From Candidatus Thorarchaeota archaeon (GTDB lineage Archaea; Asgardarchaeota; Thorarchaeia; Thorarchaeales; Thorarchaeaceae), in NCBI GenBank assembly GCA_003345545.1, contig PRDH01000081.1, positions 56,483-120,482 of the forward strand: DNA of 64,000 nucleotides. The letters are read 5' to 3'. The stretch's first letter is position 1. Every line of letters starts with the position of its first letter. Both the position numbers and the translations under genes were made by a program. The notes beneath the pieces are model-generated. The model had not been told where the DNA came from, did not search any database, and worked only from the letters and a program-made list of their open reading frames with translations. Positions 20,654 to 28,955 of the stretch are shown in pieces.

Positions 20654-20751
20654 GGACGGCGGGGAACGCGGTGTAATCGTCAGGTTGCCCCGATGCCAAA
20701 GTGGGGAACTTGCTCTTGCTGTTCGCTATTGAGCCACCCTCTCATTCTTCA
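20646..20751 (+). repeat. 16S trailer repeat copy 9 (long type)
   Basis: CGAAGTAG...GGGGAACGCGGTGTAATCGTCAGGTTGCCCCG...GAGCCACCCTCTCATTCTTCA. Confidence 0.9.
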
Positions 20752-20838
20752 CCCGTCTAATCACCCCAGTTGATTCTCCATTTGCTATCTGGGGATTCCA
20801 TCTAATTCATCACTTGGGTGGAGTTTCAGAATCTCCTG

Positions 20839-21981
20839 TTAGGCCCTACCACCCTCCACGCTATCACCCGGCGTTCTTACCCTTTTCAACCACCAGCATA
20901 GGATAACAATGGCTGCTAATCCACCAACGAGTAAGAGCGGTTCCAAGCCTATGCTAGGTCCACCACTCTCTCTGATTTCCAGAATGACGAACCCGTTATC
21001 TTGGTCTGTCATATAGACTAGATTACCGACCACTTCAACACGGTTAGGCTTACCGCCATCGAAGTAGCGGGTAACTTCAGTAAGCTGAGTTGGATTTTGA
21101 ATATCTAGTAGCAGTAGTCCTAATTCAAGATCACAGAGAAATGCAAGATTGCGCTCAGTGTCAATGTGAACAGAAAAAGCATCCAAACTCTCATTGAATT
21201 CAGATACAACTCTGATGTTTGATAGATCACTTATATTCAGTACCTTGAGGCTCTTATCCCAATAACTTAGAAAAGCTAAATCTCCAACGATCTCAAGATC
21301 ACCCATGTCAGTATCGCTAGTCGACTGTCCTATGTACTGTGCTAGTAGTATTGGATTAGTGTAGTTACCAACGTCAAAAACAGTGAACCCTTTGTAGCTT
21401 GTCGTCACAAATGCCAGATTATCCAAAACCTCAATATCGGTTGCACCTCCAATTGTGATGAAACTGCTCAGTAGTGTAGGTGTGGTAGGATCCGTCACAT
21501 TGACAATCGTCAGTTTCCCACCACTGCCTGGGAATCCATTGGCAACGAAGGCTACATCTCCTATCACTTCTACATCCCACGCATAATCACCAGTGAACTG
21601 ACTCAGAACAGCGGGGCTAGATATGTTCTCGAAATCGATAATTCTGAGTCCGCCATGACCATCCCCTATGAACACTAGATTATCACGCATGACAAGTTGG
21701 TGTGCATATCCACTTGAGGAAGAAGATACGTTTGCTATCTCAATCGGATTAGTCGGGTCACTAATATCAAAGACCTTTACTCCAGAGTAACCACATGTAA
21801 CATAGGCCATGTCATTGTCGGTATCGACCCACACGTCATAGGCATCACCAGTTTCAATCTGTCCAGCTTTTGTTAGCACAATCCCACTCGTACTCGCTCC
21901 AGACGCGAAACAGATTGCTCCTGACTCTAGAATGAGGACTAACGCTAGAATGCAAACGACGGTAATGAGTCTGCTCTTCAT
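20839..21981 (-). CDS. LVIVD-repeat beta-propeller surface protein (cassette cargo)
   Basis: Repeated GLRIID/VFDISDPTNP units, signal peptide, C-terminal TM. Confidence 0.85.
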   Translation of the reverse strand: MKSRLITVVCILALVLILESGAICFASGASTSGIVLTKAGQIETGDAYDVWVDTDNDMAYVTCGYSGVKVFDISDPTNPIEIANVSSSSSGYAHQLVMRDNLVFIGDGHGGLRIIDFENISSPAVLSQFTGDYAWDVEVIGDVAFVANGFPGSGGKLTIVNVTDPTTPTLLSSFITIGGATDIEVLDNLAFVTTSYKGFTVFDVGNYTNPILLAQYIGQSTSDTDMGDLEIVGDLAFLSYWDKSLKVLNISDLSNIRVVSEFNESLDAFSVHIDTERNLAFLCDLELGLLLLDIQNPTQLTEVTRYFDGGKPNRVEVVGNLVYMTDQDNGFVILEIRESGGPSIGLEPLLLVGGLAAIVILCWWLKRVRTPGDSVEGGRA

Positions 21982-22255
21982 TCTATGTTTCCTCCATCAC
22001 TGATTTCCATCAACATTTCGGCTCCTAATGCCCTAATTCTCAGATTGCATGAAGACAAAATCATGCACCAAGAGTCGCGATGTTTCATTGAATTAAGAAT
22101 GGCGTTCAGCGCAGGCGATGTGTACATACTCCACAATGTTCGAGCATCGCAAGAAGCCATACCGCAAGAGTGTCTTCTTTCATGGCTGACATCGTGCATT
22201 AGAAATGTAATAGGAGCAGATTCCGCCGTTCCTAGGAACTGGATCTCTTGGCAGA

Positions 22256-22336
22256 GAGAAGTATAGATTGGTGGAGTCTGGTAATCAGGGAACTTGCCCC
22301 TGCTGTTCGCTGTTGAGCCACCCTTTTCATTTTTCA
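22256..22336 (+). repeat. 16S trailer repeat copy 10 (short type)
   Basis: GAGAAGTA...TCAGGGAACTTGCCCCTGCTGTTCGCTGTTGAGCCACCCTTTTCATTTTTCA. Confidence 0.85.
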
Positions 22337-22476
22337 CAGTGTTATCTTAATGAGTAGAGCCTATCTTCCTTATCGGAATGTCTTCGTTCGAAACATCTTT
22401 CACAGTTGTACCACACTCTATGAATCTGTGTAGCTTTATAACTGTCAGAACCCACGCTGATTTGAGGTACGCATCA

Positions 22477-22836
22477 ATGGTTAAAGAGATAGAGATTTCC
22501 GTGGAGGCTTACAGTCTTTTAGAAAAGGCGAGATTGCAGGGTTGGCAATAGCTGCAAGACACTTGAACAGAGTTGGACAGGTGCTTATATAGTTCAGTCC
22601 GAACTAGTCCTGTGAGGATGACCCGACATGAACTCTATCCTCACGGAGTTGTGCCCAGTGCCGTCTTCTGGGCGGACAGCACTCTGGTGTCCAAGTTTGT
22701 CCAACTAACAATGAACGGTGAAGATATCAGTGATACGATCCTCCGCCTAATAGAGTTGAGAGAACGAACTGAATTCGTCAAGCGTCAGAAGCAAATTGCT
22801 GAGGCTGAGGACTTCCTTCCACTTAATCAATCCTGA
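22477..22836 (+). pseudogene. Antitoxin gene interrupted by a 177-bp element
   Basis: Removing 22542-22718 gives a 60-aa ORF MVKEIEISVEAYSLLEKARLQG-EDISDTILRLIELRERTEFVKRQKQIAEAEDFLPLNQS, similar to 18863-19060. Confidence 0.85.
22542..22718 (+). mobile_element. Non-autonomous structured insertion element, copy 1 (177 bp)
   Basis: Interrupts an antitoxin gene; homologous to 44542-44717; lies 3' of CAGGG. Confidence 0.85.
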
Positions 22837-22896
22837 GATTGAGTCAAGTCTGAAACCAGACAGATGTCTTCATATACTCTGTCATACATAGTATAC

Positions 22897-23211
22897 ATGA
22901 TAGAGATGGGCGATGTTCTTTCAGTCAGAATGGATGAAGAATTGGAGAAGCGTCTTGCATTCCTGATGGAGAAGAAGAAGATAGTGGATAAATCATCATA
23001 TGTAAGGCAGCTCATTGATAGGTCTCTATCAGATGATCTTCTCGATTATCTGTCTGAGGAAGTTGCTGCTAGACATATCAGCATCTGGAAGGCTGCTTCT
23101 ATTGCCGGTATCCCACTCAGGGCCATGATGAGTGAGCTGGCAAAACGTAACATATCGATGTATGATGAACAAGCACTCACTGAGGACTTGATTTTTGCAG
23201 AGGGCAGATGA
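22897..23211 (+). CDS. UPF0175-like antitoxin (RHH plus HTH)
   Basis: VLSVRMDEEL..., ISIWKAASIAGIPLRAMMSEL. Confidence 0.8.
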   Translation: MIEMGDVLSVRMDEELEKRLAFLMEKKKIVDKSSYVRQLIDRSLSDDLLDYLSEEVAARHISIWKAASIAGIPLRAMMSELAKRNISMYDEQALTEDLIFAEGR

Positions 23212-23716
23212 ATTGATTGCAGTCGTCAACTCATCACCTCTCATATACTTGGGGAAACTTGGTCTTCTTAGCTTGCTACAACAATTGTTTGACCATGTGC
23301 TCACTGTTCCTTCTGTGAAGGAAGAGGTTCTTGATTCTTCTGCTTCTGAATATGCCACACTGCAGAGTGCATTCTCAGACTGGTTGATAGTGTCTGATGT
23401 TCCAAAAAGCGTTCTCTCAACAAGACTGAGCGATATGGGCCTCCATCAAGGCGAGGTGGACACTCTTGTACTTGCTTATCATACGAAAGAGCAACAATCC
23501 GATTCGGTCATTATTATTGATGACCTAGCAGCTAGAGACGTAGCTAGATCGCTAGGGCTGAGAGTGGCCGGAACTATCGGTATTATTCTACGAGCAACAA
23601 AGAATGGGTTACTTACAAAAAATGAATCACGCGCCAGAATTCGTTTTCTTGTTGAAGAAACATCATTCCGGATGTCAGCTGCATTGTACTCCAGAGTCAT
23701 CTCTGGTCTAGAATGA
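23195..23716 (+). CDS. DUF3368-like PIN-domain protein (toxin)
   Basis: VVNSSPLIYL, LHQGE, IIDDLAAR, GTIGIILRA. Confidence 0.85.
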   Translation: MQRADELIAVVNSSPLIYLGKLGLLSLLQQLFDHVLTVPSVKEEVLDSSASEYATLQSAFSDWLIVSDVPKSVLSTRLSDMGLHQGEVDTLVLAYHTKEQQSDSVIIIDDLAARDVARSLGLRVAGTIGIILRATKNGLLTKNESRARIRFLVEETSFRMSAALYSRVISGLE

Positions 23717-23743
23717 GTGAATCTTAGAGTTACTGAGAATGAC

Positions 23744-23850
23744 AGGTATGAGCCCTCGACGGCGAACGCAGTGCAACAGTCAGGTTGCCCCGACGTCAGA
23801 GTGGGGAACTTGCCCTTGCGTTCGTTGTTGAGCCACCCTCTTCATTTTAC
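23744..23850 (+). repeat. 16S trailer repeat copy 11 (long type, diverged)
   Basis: CTCGACGGCGAACGCAGTGCAACAGTCAGGTTGCCCCGACG...GTTGAGCCACCCTCTTCATTTT. Confidence 0.85.
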
Positions 23851-23924
23851 TTAGCGATTCCGCTACTAGGAACCACATCTTCATAGGCAGAGGGCACCAT
23901 AAACACCAATGAGATGATAGGTGA

Positions 23925-24593
23925 ATGAGTGATATTGAGCGTCAAACACTGTGTTTTCAGTACTGTGGTGAAGTGAATACTGAAAGAACATTGTTAGCTG
24001 CAAGAGAGCGCTGCAAGACGCTTGATTTGAGCAAAGTGGTAGTTGCTTCCGAAACTGGAAGAAGCGCCTTGAAAGCTGTTGAGGTCTTCAAGAATTCGGA
24101 TATCATCTTGATTGTTGTGACTCACTATCCTGCCTCAACATGGGGCCCAAAAGGAAGGATACCGATAGGTCTTGGTCGTCACGAATACACTGATACTCGA
24201 GAAGCTTTGGTTAACCATGGTGTCAAAATAGTCCAGAGCACAAGACCATTCGCACCACCGTCAAGATCTTTAGACTGGAACTATCCTACGCCTGAGGCAA
24301 TCATCGATCGAACACTCGATGTATTCGGTTCCGGGACCAAAATTGCTATTGAAGCGGCAATCATTGCTGTGGACTGCGGAGAAGTCGAAGAGGGTGAAGA
24401 TGTCATTTCATGTGCAGGCACATTCAAGGGACTCGATACAGCTCTATGCGTTCGGCCAACATATACGATGAATTTCTTTAAGTCATTCGAGATTCGAGAA
24501 ATAATCGCCAGACCCGTGTGCAGAGTTCAGACACTGCCAGAGCATGAACACAAGAACTGGAAAGGTAACCTCGACCAATATCTTACTCAATGA
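23925..24593 (+). CDS. Pyruvate-kinase C-terminal-like alpha/beta domain protein
   Basis: GEVNTERTL, VVASETGRSAL, GTFKGLDTA, EIREII. Confidence 0.8.
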   Translation: MSDIERQTLCFQYCGEVNTERTLLAARERCKTLDLSKVVVASETGRSALKAVEVFKNSDIILIVVTHYPASTWGPKGRIPIGLGRHEYTDTREALVNHGVKIVQSTRPFAPPSRSLDWNYPTPEAIIDRTLDVFGSGTKIAIEAAIIAVDCGEVEEGEDVISCAGTFKGLDTALCVRPTYTMNFFKSFEIREIIARPVCRVQTLPEHEHKNWKGNLDQYLTQ

Positions 24594-24641
24594 CAACAAA
24601 GTTGAATCAAGAAAGTAGATTATATCCATTCCACCACTCTT

Positions 24642-25661
24642 TTGAGAGGCCTTCTTCCGCCAAACCCTGAAATGCAAACCATTGCTGTGATTTGGCTCAT
24701 GGTCTTCTTAGGAGGATACATCGCAATCTACCTTCTAGCTGATCTCATCATCGACGCTCTAGAGAATCTCAGTCAATCATTTGCTATCTCTCCCATAGTC
24801 TTAGGACTACTAGTCCTTGGAATTGATGTAGAAGAGAGCATTGTTTCCTTAGTTGCAGCTGTAGATGGTCTCCCCTATCTTTCACTTGGCCAACTCATAG
24901 GAAACACAGTGATAGCAATTGCGATTGCATTCGGCGTACCTGCTCTCTTTCTCAGAATTGAGGTCGACCAGCTTCCAAGATTCTACTATGCTGAGCTGGT
25001 GATTGCAGGTATAGTAGTGTTGGTATCAATGGTCCTGACAAGCTACCTGATCGTATTCGGACTTCTGGCCATTGCTCTCTTCGTCATTCATTTACGCCAC
25101 ACTTTTCACATACAAAGGGAATTCAGGTCGGCCGTCAGAAGTCCGGAACGGTTTGAACTGACTCCCAATTTGGAACGTGAAAAATGCACAGGCGAAAAGA
25201 GTGAAGGTCGTGCGCGGTTTGTAATCAAATTGCTGCTGGCTCTACTTGCTGTGTTCGTTAGCGGTGAGGTCTTGGTTGTCAGTGCTGAGGAGCTTGTCGT
25301 CTTAACCGGACTAAGTGAAACTTTCTTTGGATTGGTCATAATGGCGGCTGTGACCAATGTTGAGGAGTTCTGGCTCATTGTCAAGGCGGTACAAAAAGGT
25401 CAGACTGCATTGGGTGTGAGTGCGCAGGTTGGTAAGATAATCTGGAACACCACGTTAATCTTCGGGCTCTGCAGCCTGTTTCTGTTTCAGTTCACATTTG
25501 AGATGATAATGCTGACGAGCTCGATTATCTTTGTCTTTGCACTCGTCGTATTGGTAGTTAATCTCACTCAGAATCGATCATCGAGAGCGACCGGTATTGG
25601 CTATCTATTGATTCTCCTGATTTTCCTAGCCATCAATTCCCTTGGTTTTCTGATAGGCTGA
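24642..25661 (+). CDS. Na+/Ca2+ (CaCA) exchanger family protein
   Basis: Two alpha-repeats (GLLVLG..VEES; GLVIMAAVTNVEE); about 10 TM segments. Confidence 0.8.
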   Translation: MRGLLPPNPEMQTIAVIWLMVFLGGYIAIYLLADLIIDALENLSQSFAISPIVLGLLVLGIDVEESIVSLVAAVDGLPYLSLGQLIGNTVIAIAIAFGVPALFLRIEVDQLPRFYYAELVIAGIVVLVSMVLTSYLIVFGLLAIALFVIHLRHTFHIQREFRSAVRSPERFELTPNLEREKCTGEKSEGRARFVIKLLLALLAVFVSGEVLVVSAEELVVLTGLSETFFGLVIMAAVTNVEEFWLIVKAVQKGQTALGVSAQVGKIIWNTTLIFGLCSLFLFQFTFEMIMLTSSIIFVFALVVLVVNLTQNRSSRATGIGYLLILLIFLAINSLGFLIG

Positions 25662-25675
25662 ATCTGGTGATGAAA

Positions 25676-25754
25676 GAAGTAGAGGCTGACGGAGTCAGGC
25701 GTTCAGGGAACTCTCCAGTTCCTCGAACTGGTGAGCCATCCTTCTCGTTTTCAC
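25676..25754 (+). repeat. 16S trailer repeat copy 12 (short, degenerate)
   Basis: GAAGTAGAGG...TCAGGGAACT...TGAGCCATCCTTCTCGTTTTCA. Confidence 0.65.
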
Positions 25755-25791
25755 TTATCTCATCAATCTTAGAACAGGAGCAATTCCTCGA

Positions 25792-26571
25792 TTATAGTGC
25801 CTCTCTGACCTCTCTCTTGAAGTTCTCAGCGTCAAAGAATCCTGACCTTATTGGTCGCTGGTTGACAATGCAATCAGGGACTCTGCCTCCTCTCTTCTCA
25901 ACCTCTTCAGGCTGATTGAGCTTGTTGATGGTCTGTATCGGGATGCTAGGAGAAACCTCTCTAATCAGCTGTACCATCTTTTCGACGAAGCGAATGCTGA
26001 ATGGACAAGTCCCATCGAAAAAGATCAGAGCCTTCTCTCTGTCCTCGCTCCTCCGAGTGTATCTCTCTTTTGGAGGCGTGTAGGTTACACCATCCCTTAA
26101 TGGGTAGCAGAGTAGGTGAGGATCTTCGGCGGTCGCACTAAACCCCTTCTTCCGATAGAACTCATGTTGAGTGTATGTCCCAGGAACATCAAATGCATTG
26201 GTCACAAGTGCTTTGACAGTCATATTTCTGAAACATGACACAGGAGTCGTCACATCATCGATCAAGCTCTTCAGCAAAGCGCTACCAATCCCCTTTCTAA
26301 GATGCTTGTCGCTTGGAACGAATATGCAGGCTATTTTGACCACGTTTTCGTCTGGGCAAGGCAGGTATTGAATCATACCGACAGGTTTTGTACCATCGTA
26401 GGCGAGTTTTCCGATACACCCTTTCTCGGCCAGCATACGTTCAACCCAATCAGCCTTCAGGCTTATTCCTCTCTTGAAGGAAGATTCATCAGCTCTATCA
26501 GCTGGCACACACAATCTGACGAAGTCCTCTAGGTTCTCTCTGCTGACATTCCTAGTATGAAATCTAGCCAT
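25792..26571 (-). CDS. GNAT acetyltransferase (YoaP-like)
   Basis: VGMIQYLP, IACIFV...RKGIGSALL, C-terminal CPF. Confidence 0.8.
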   Translation of the reverse strand: MARFHTRNVSRENLEDFVRLCVPADRADESSFKRGISLKADWVERMLAEKGCIGKLAYDGTKPVGMIQYLPCPDENVVKIACIFVPSDKHLRKGIGSALLKSLIDDVTTPVSCFRNMTVKALVTNAFDVPGTYTQHEFYRKKGFSATAEDPHLLCYPLRDGVTYTPPKERYTRRSEDREKALIFFDGTCPFSIRFVEKMVQLIREVSPSIPIQTINKLNQPEEVEKRGGRVPDCIVNQRPIRSGFFDAENFKREVREAL

Positions 26572-26703
26572 ATGTTCTCATACACGCCATTTGTGAATTG
26601 CATTCTACGTGAGAGAATACAAGCCTTTCCGTAATCTCTGAATCACCTGAAGCAGAACCTGATTGAGCACCAAAAGCGCCAATAGGCTACCCCGCCGCCG
26701 AAG

Positions 26704-26748
26704 CAGGGAATTTGTCCTTTGCCGTTGAGCTACTTTTTCATTTTTCGT
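26704..26748 (+). repeat. 16S trailer repeat copy 13 (degenerate remnant)
   Basis: CAGGGAATTTGTCCTTTGCCGTTGAGCTACTTTTTCATTTTTC. Confidence 0.6.
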
Positions 26749-26770
26749 TCACTTACATTTTCGAGTGAAC

Positions 26771-27697
26771 TCACTTGTTTCTGATAATGGTGAATAACAA
26801 AACCAGCCCAACCAATAACCCGACTCCAGAGGACACGCTAAAGAAGAGGTTGAATCCGTGTGTTTCTGCTTGAGCGAATGTAACAGTGCTGAGTAAGGCC
26901 ACCAATCCAGTGATGAGAACTAACATACCTCTCTCAAGCCTGGAGAAATATCTCTGATCTAATGAGAATATCCGTATCCATAGTATTGCACTCACTATCG
27001 CCAAGGGGGGGATAGTGACTAAAACAAACGAGATTGGAAGTAATAAGAGGCCACTGAGGACTGCACGTATCGTGAATAATCGTGCTCCGTACCTCTCAAA
27101 CTCCTCTTGAGCAACACGTCCATAGTCCTTTCTAATCTTGGATTGATATCCTCTCCAGATCGAGAACTTCCATGCATCTACTCTTTGGTGAACGCCACCG
27201 GTCTTTGTCTGGTCCAGATCTGGAGCATATTCGCTCTTGAGTATTGGAAGTATGTAGACCATGATGATTAGCGACCATACACCAAATATGGCTATGGCAT
27301 ACTCGATGAACGACAATGGCCTTGAGAGGAAGAGGGCACTCCATATTGTATAGATCGCATATGCTGCCAAGGCCAGCGCTGGAATTAGGACTAACAGAGT
27401 CGCCATTCTGAGCCTTTTCCTCTTTCCTCTAATCCAGGATGACAACACCCTGAAGACAAATGTGCAAAAGGATGCATAGGTCAGTGCTATTCCAAGACCA
27501 CCCAAGAAGCGCATGACTGTACCTGTGACTACCGCAAGTGTCAAAAACTCCTCCCCGAGTATCAGTGAAATAATGTCCCACCCTCTGAAGAACAGTACTA
27601 TTACATACAGAGCGAGTCCTGCTACTACTCCAATGATGTACGAATTCCTCTGATTATCCGCGATTCTTTTACTGAACTCTGCGATTGTCTTCTGCAT
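26771..27697 (-). CDS. Hypothetical multi-pass membrane protein
   Basis: 308 aa, about 7-8 TM segments. Confidence 0.75.
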   Translation of the reverse strand: MQKTIAEFSKRIADNQRNSYIIGVVAGLALYVIVLFFRGWDIISLILGEEFLTLAVVTGTVMRFLGGLGIALTYASFCTFVFRVLSSWIRGKRKRLRMATLLVLIPALALAAYAIYTIWSALFLSRPLSFIEYAIAIFGVWSLIIMVYILPILKSEYAPDLDQTKTGGVHQRVDAWKFSIWRGYQSKIRKDYGRVAQEEFERYGARLFTIRAVLSGLLLLPISFVLVTIPPLAIVSAILWIRIFSLDQRYFSRLERGMLVLITGLVALLSTVTFAQAETHGFNLFFSVSSGVGLLVGLVLLFTIIRNK

Positions 27698-27874
27698 CTG
27701 AGTACATTCCTCTGTGCTATTGTTCCTGAGTCAGGACGTCATAGTCGATAATCATCCTGTGCATATTAGCATCGTGATTTGCTGATGTGAGCATCGACAG
27801 TCTTTCAAGAGTCTGCATTGATGGAGGTGTGAGTTTGCATTAAGTGATCGATTGGCCAGACAACCCTCTTTATA

Positions 27875-28897
27875 TTGTCCATGATGAGAATACCTCAACT
27901 GGTCTTTCTACTCATGATGAATCGGATTGACGGGGTATCAAGAATTGAGATACCTACACCGTTTCCTGTTGGCAACGTCAATTGTTACTTGATAGAAGGC
28001 TCACCCCTTACTCTGATTGATACCGGTCCAAAGACCTCCAAGGGTCTAGAAGCAATGCAGAGAGAACTTCATGCATTGTCCTACGATTTGTCTGAGATTG
28101 AACAGATTCTCCTGACACACAATCACATGGATCACATTGGGCTAGTGGCACAATTCGTTAGAGAACGGGTGCGCATTGACGGCAGTCCTCCAGAGGTATG
28201 GATTCATCAAAGGGATGCTGAGGCTCTTCTCAATTATGAGCGATACATGGAGCTCTACTTGGCGTCTGTTGTGAAGCTAATCGGGGCGTCCGGTGTCCCA
28301 AAGAATGAGGCACTGAAGTTTGCACGAGGTCGCACAGAGTTTTTCAAGTCAATGGGCGGTTCTGTTCCAGCAGTTCGCTGTTTCGAAGATAAGGCATCTT
28401 TCAAAACTGGCATTGGCAAACTTTCTGTGGTCTGGGTTCCAGGTCACTCTCCCGGGTCAACATGCTTTGTATGTGATAAACAACGGGTTATCTTTAGCGG
28501 AGACCATGTCTTGGGAGATATCAGTTCAAACCCAAGCATATCGTTTGACAGATCTGAAGGAATAGGTATGGTAACCTACCTTGCGTCTTTGAATCGAATC
28601 TCACCCAGAGGAAGTTACGTTGCGCTCCCGGGTCATAGAGAGCCAATACTTGACCTTGCATCTAGGATTGAAGTGCTGCGTGCTGATTATGACGACAAAC
28701 TCCGGAGGGCTGCGGGTTTATTGACAAGCAGTCCTCTGACGGTCTATGAGATATCAAGAATGATCTATGGCGATTATGATATGAATTCGCTTATTTTGGC
28801 TGTCGCTGAGAGCTATGACCTTGTTAGAATCTTAGAAAGTAGGAATCAAGCGAAATCAACTAGTCATAATGGTGTCATCCACGTTGTCAAACATTGA
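27875..28897 (+). CDS. Metallo-beta-lactamase-fold hydrolase
   Basis: THNHMDH, PGHSPG, FSGDH, LPGH. Confidence 0.9.
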   Translation: MSMMRIPQLVFLLMMNRIDGVSRIEIPTPFPVGNVNCYLIEGSPLTLIDTGPKTSKGLEAMQRELHALSYDLSEIEQILLTHNHMDHIGLVAQFVRERVRIDGSPPEVWIHQRDAEALLNYERYMELYLASVVKLIGASGVPKNEALKFARGRTEFFKSMGGSVPAVRCFEDKASFKTGIGKLSVVWVPGHSPGSTCFVCDKQRVIFSGDHVLGDISSNPSISFDRSEGIGMVTYLASLNRISPRGSYVALPGHREPILDLASRIEVLRADYDDKLRRAAGLLTSSPLTVYEISRMIYGDYDMNSLILAVAESYDLVRILESRNQAKSTSHNGVIHVVKH

Positions 28898-28955
28898 CAA
28901 GTGAGAAGTCCAAAAGCAGCTCGGCAGTGGCCAACAGATTCCCGCTCGATAGGCA

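Noticed and set aside
11761-22337. Family of ORFs starting MxEKGKGWLNS / EKGGSTA (11761-12120, N-terminus of 12231-13634, 17774-17965, 19253-19447, 21978-22337)
   Set aside because: These are antisense translations of the repeat; frames differ between copies because of indels.
22542-22718. Insertion as a BHB or group I intron
   Set aside because: No BHB at the junctions and no recognisable group I core; the boundaries do not fit the U/G rule in both copies.
12004-26750. CRISPR array
   Set aside because: Repeats are about 110 nt and degenerate, spacers are gene-sized and variable, and no cas genes are present.
12004-26750. Classical integron attC sites (GTTGAGC fits GTTRRRY)
   Set aside because: No complementary RYYYAAC box lies within the repeat (its complement is in the 16S leader), conservation continues well past GTT, cargo occurs in both orientations, and there is no intI.
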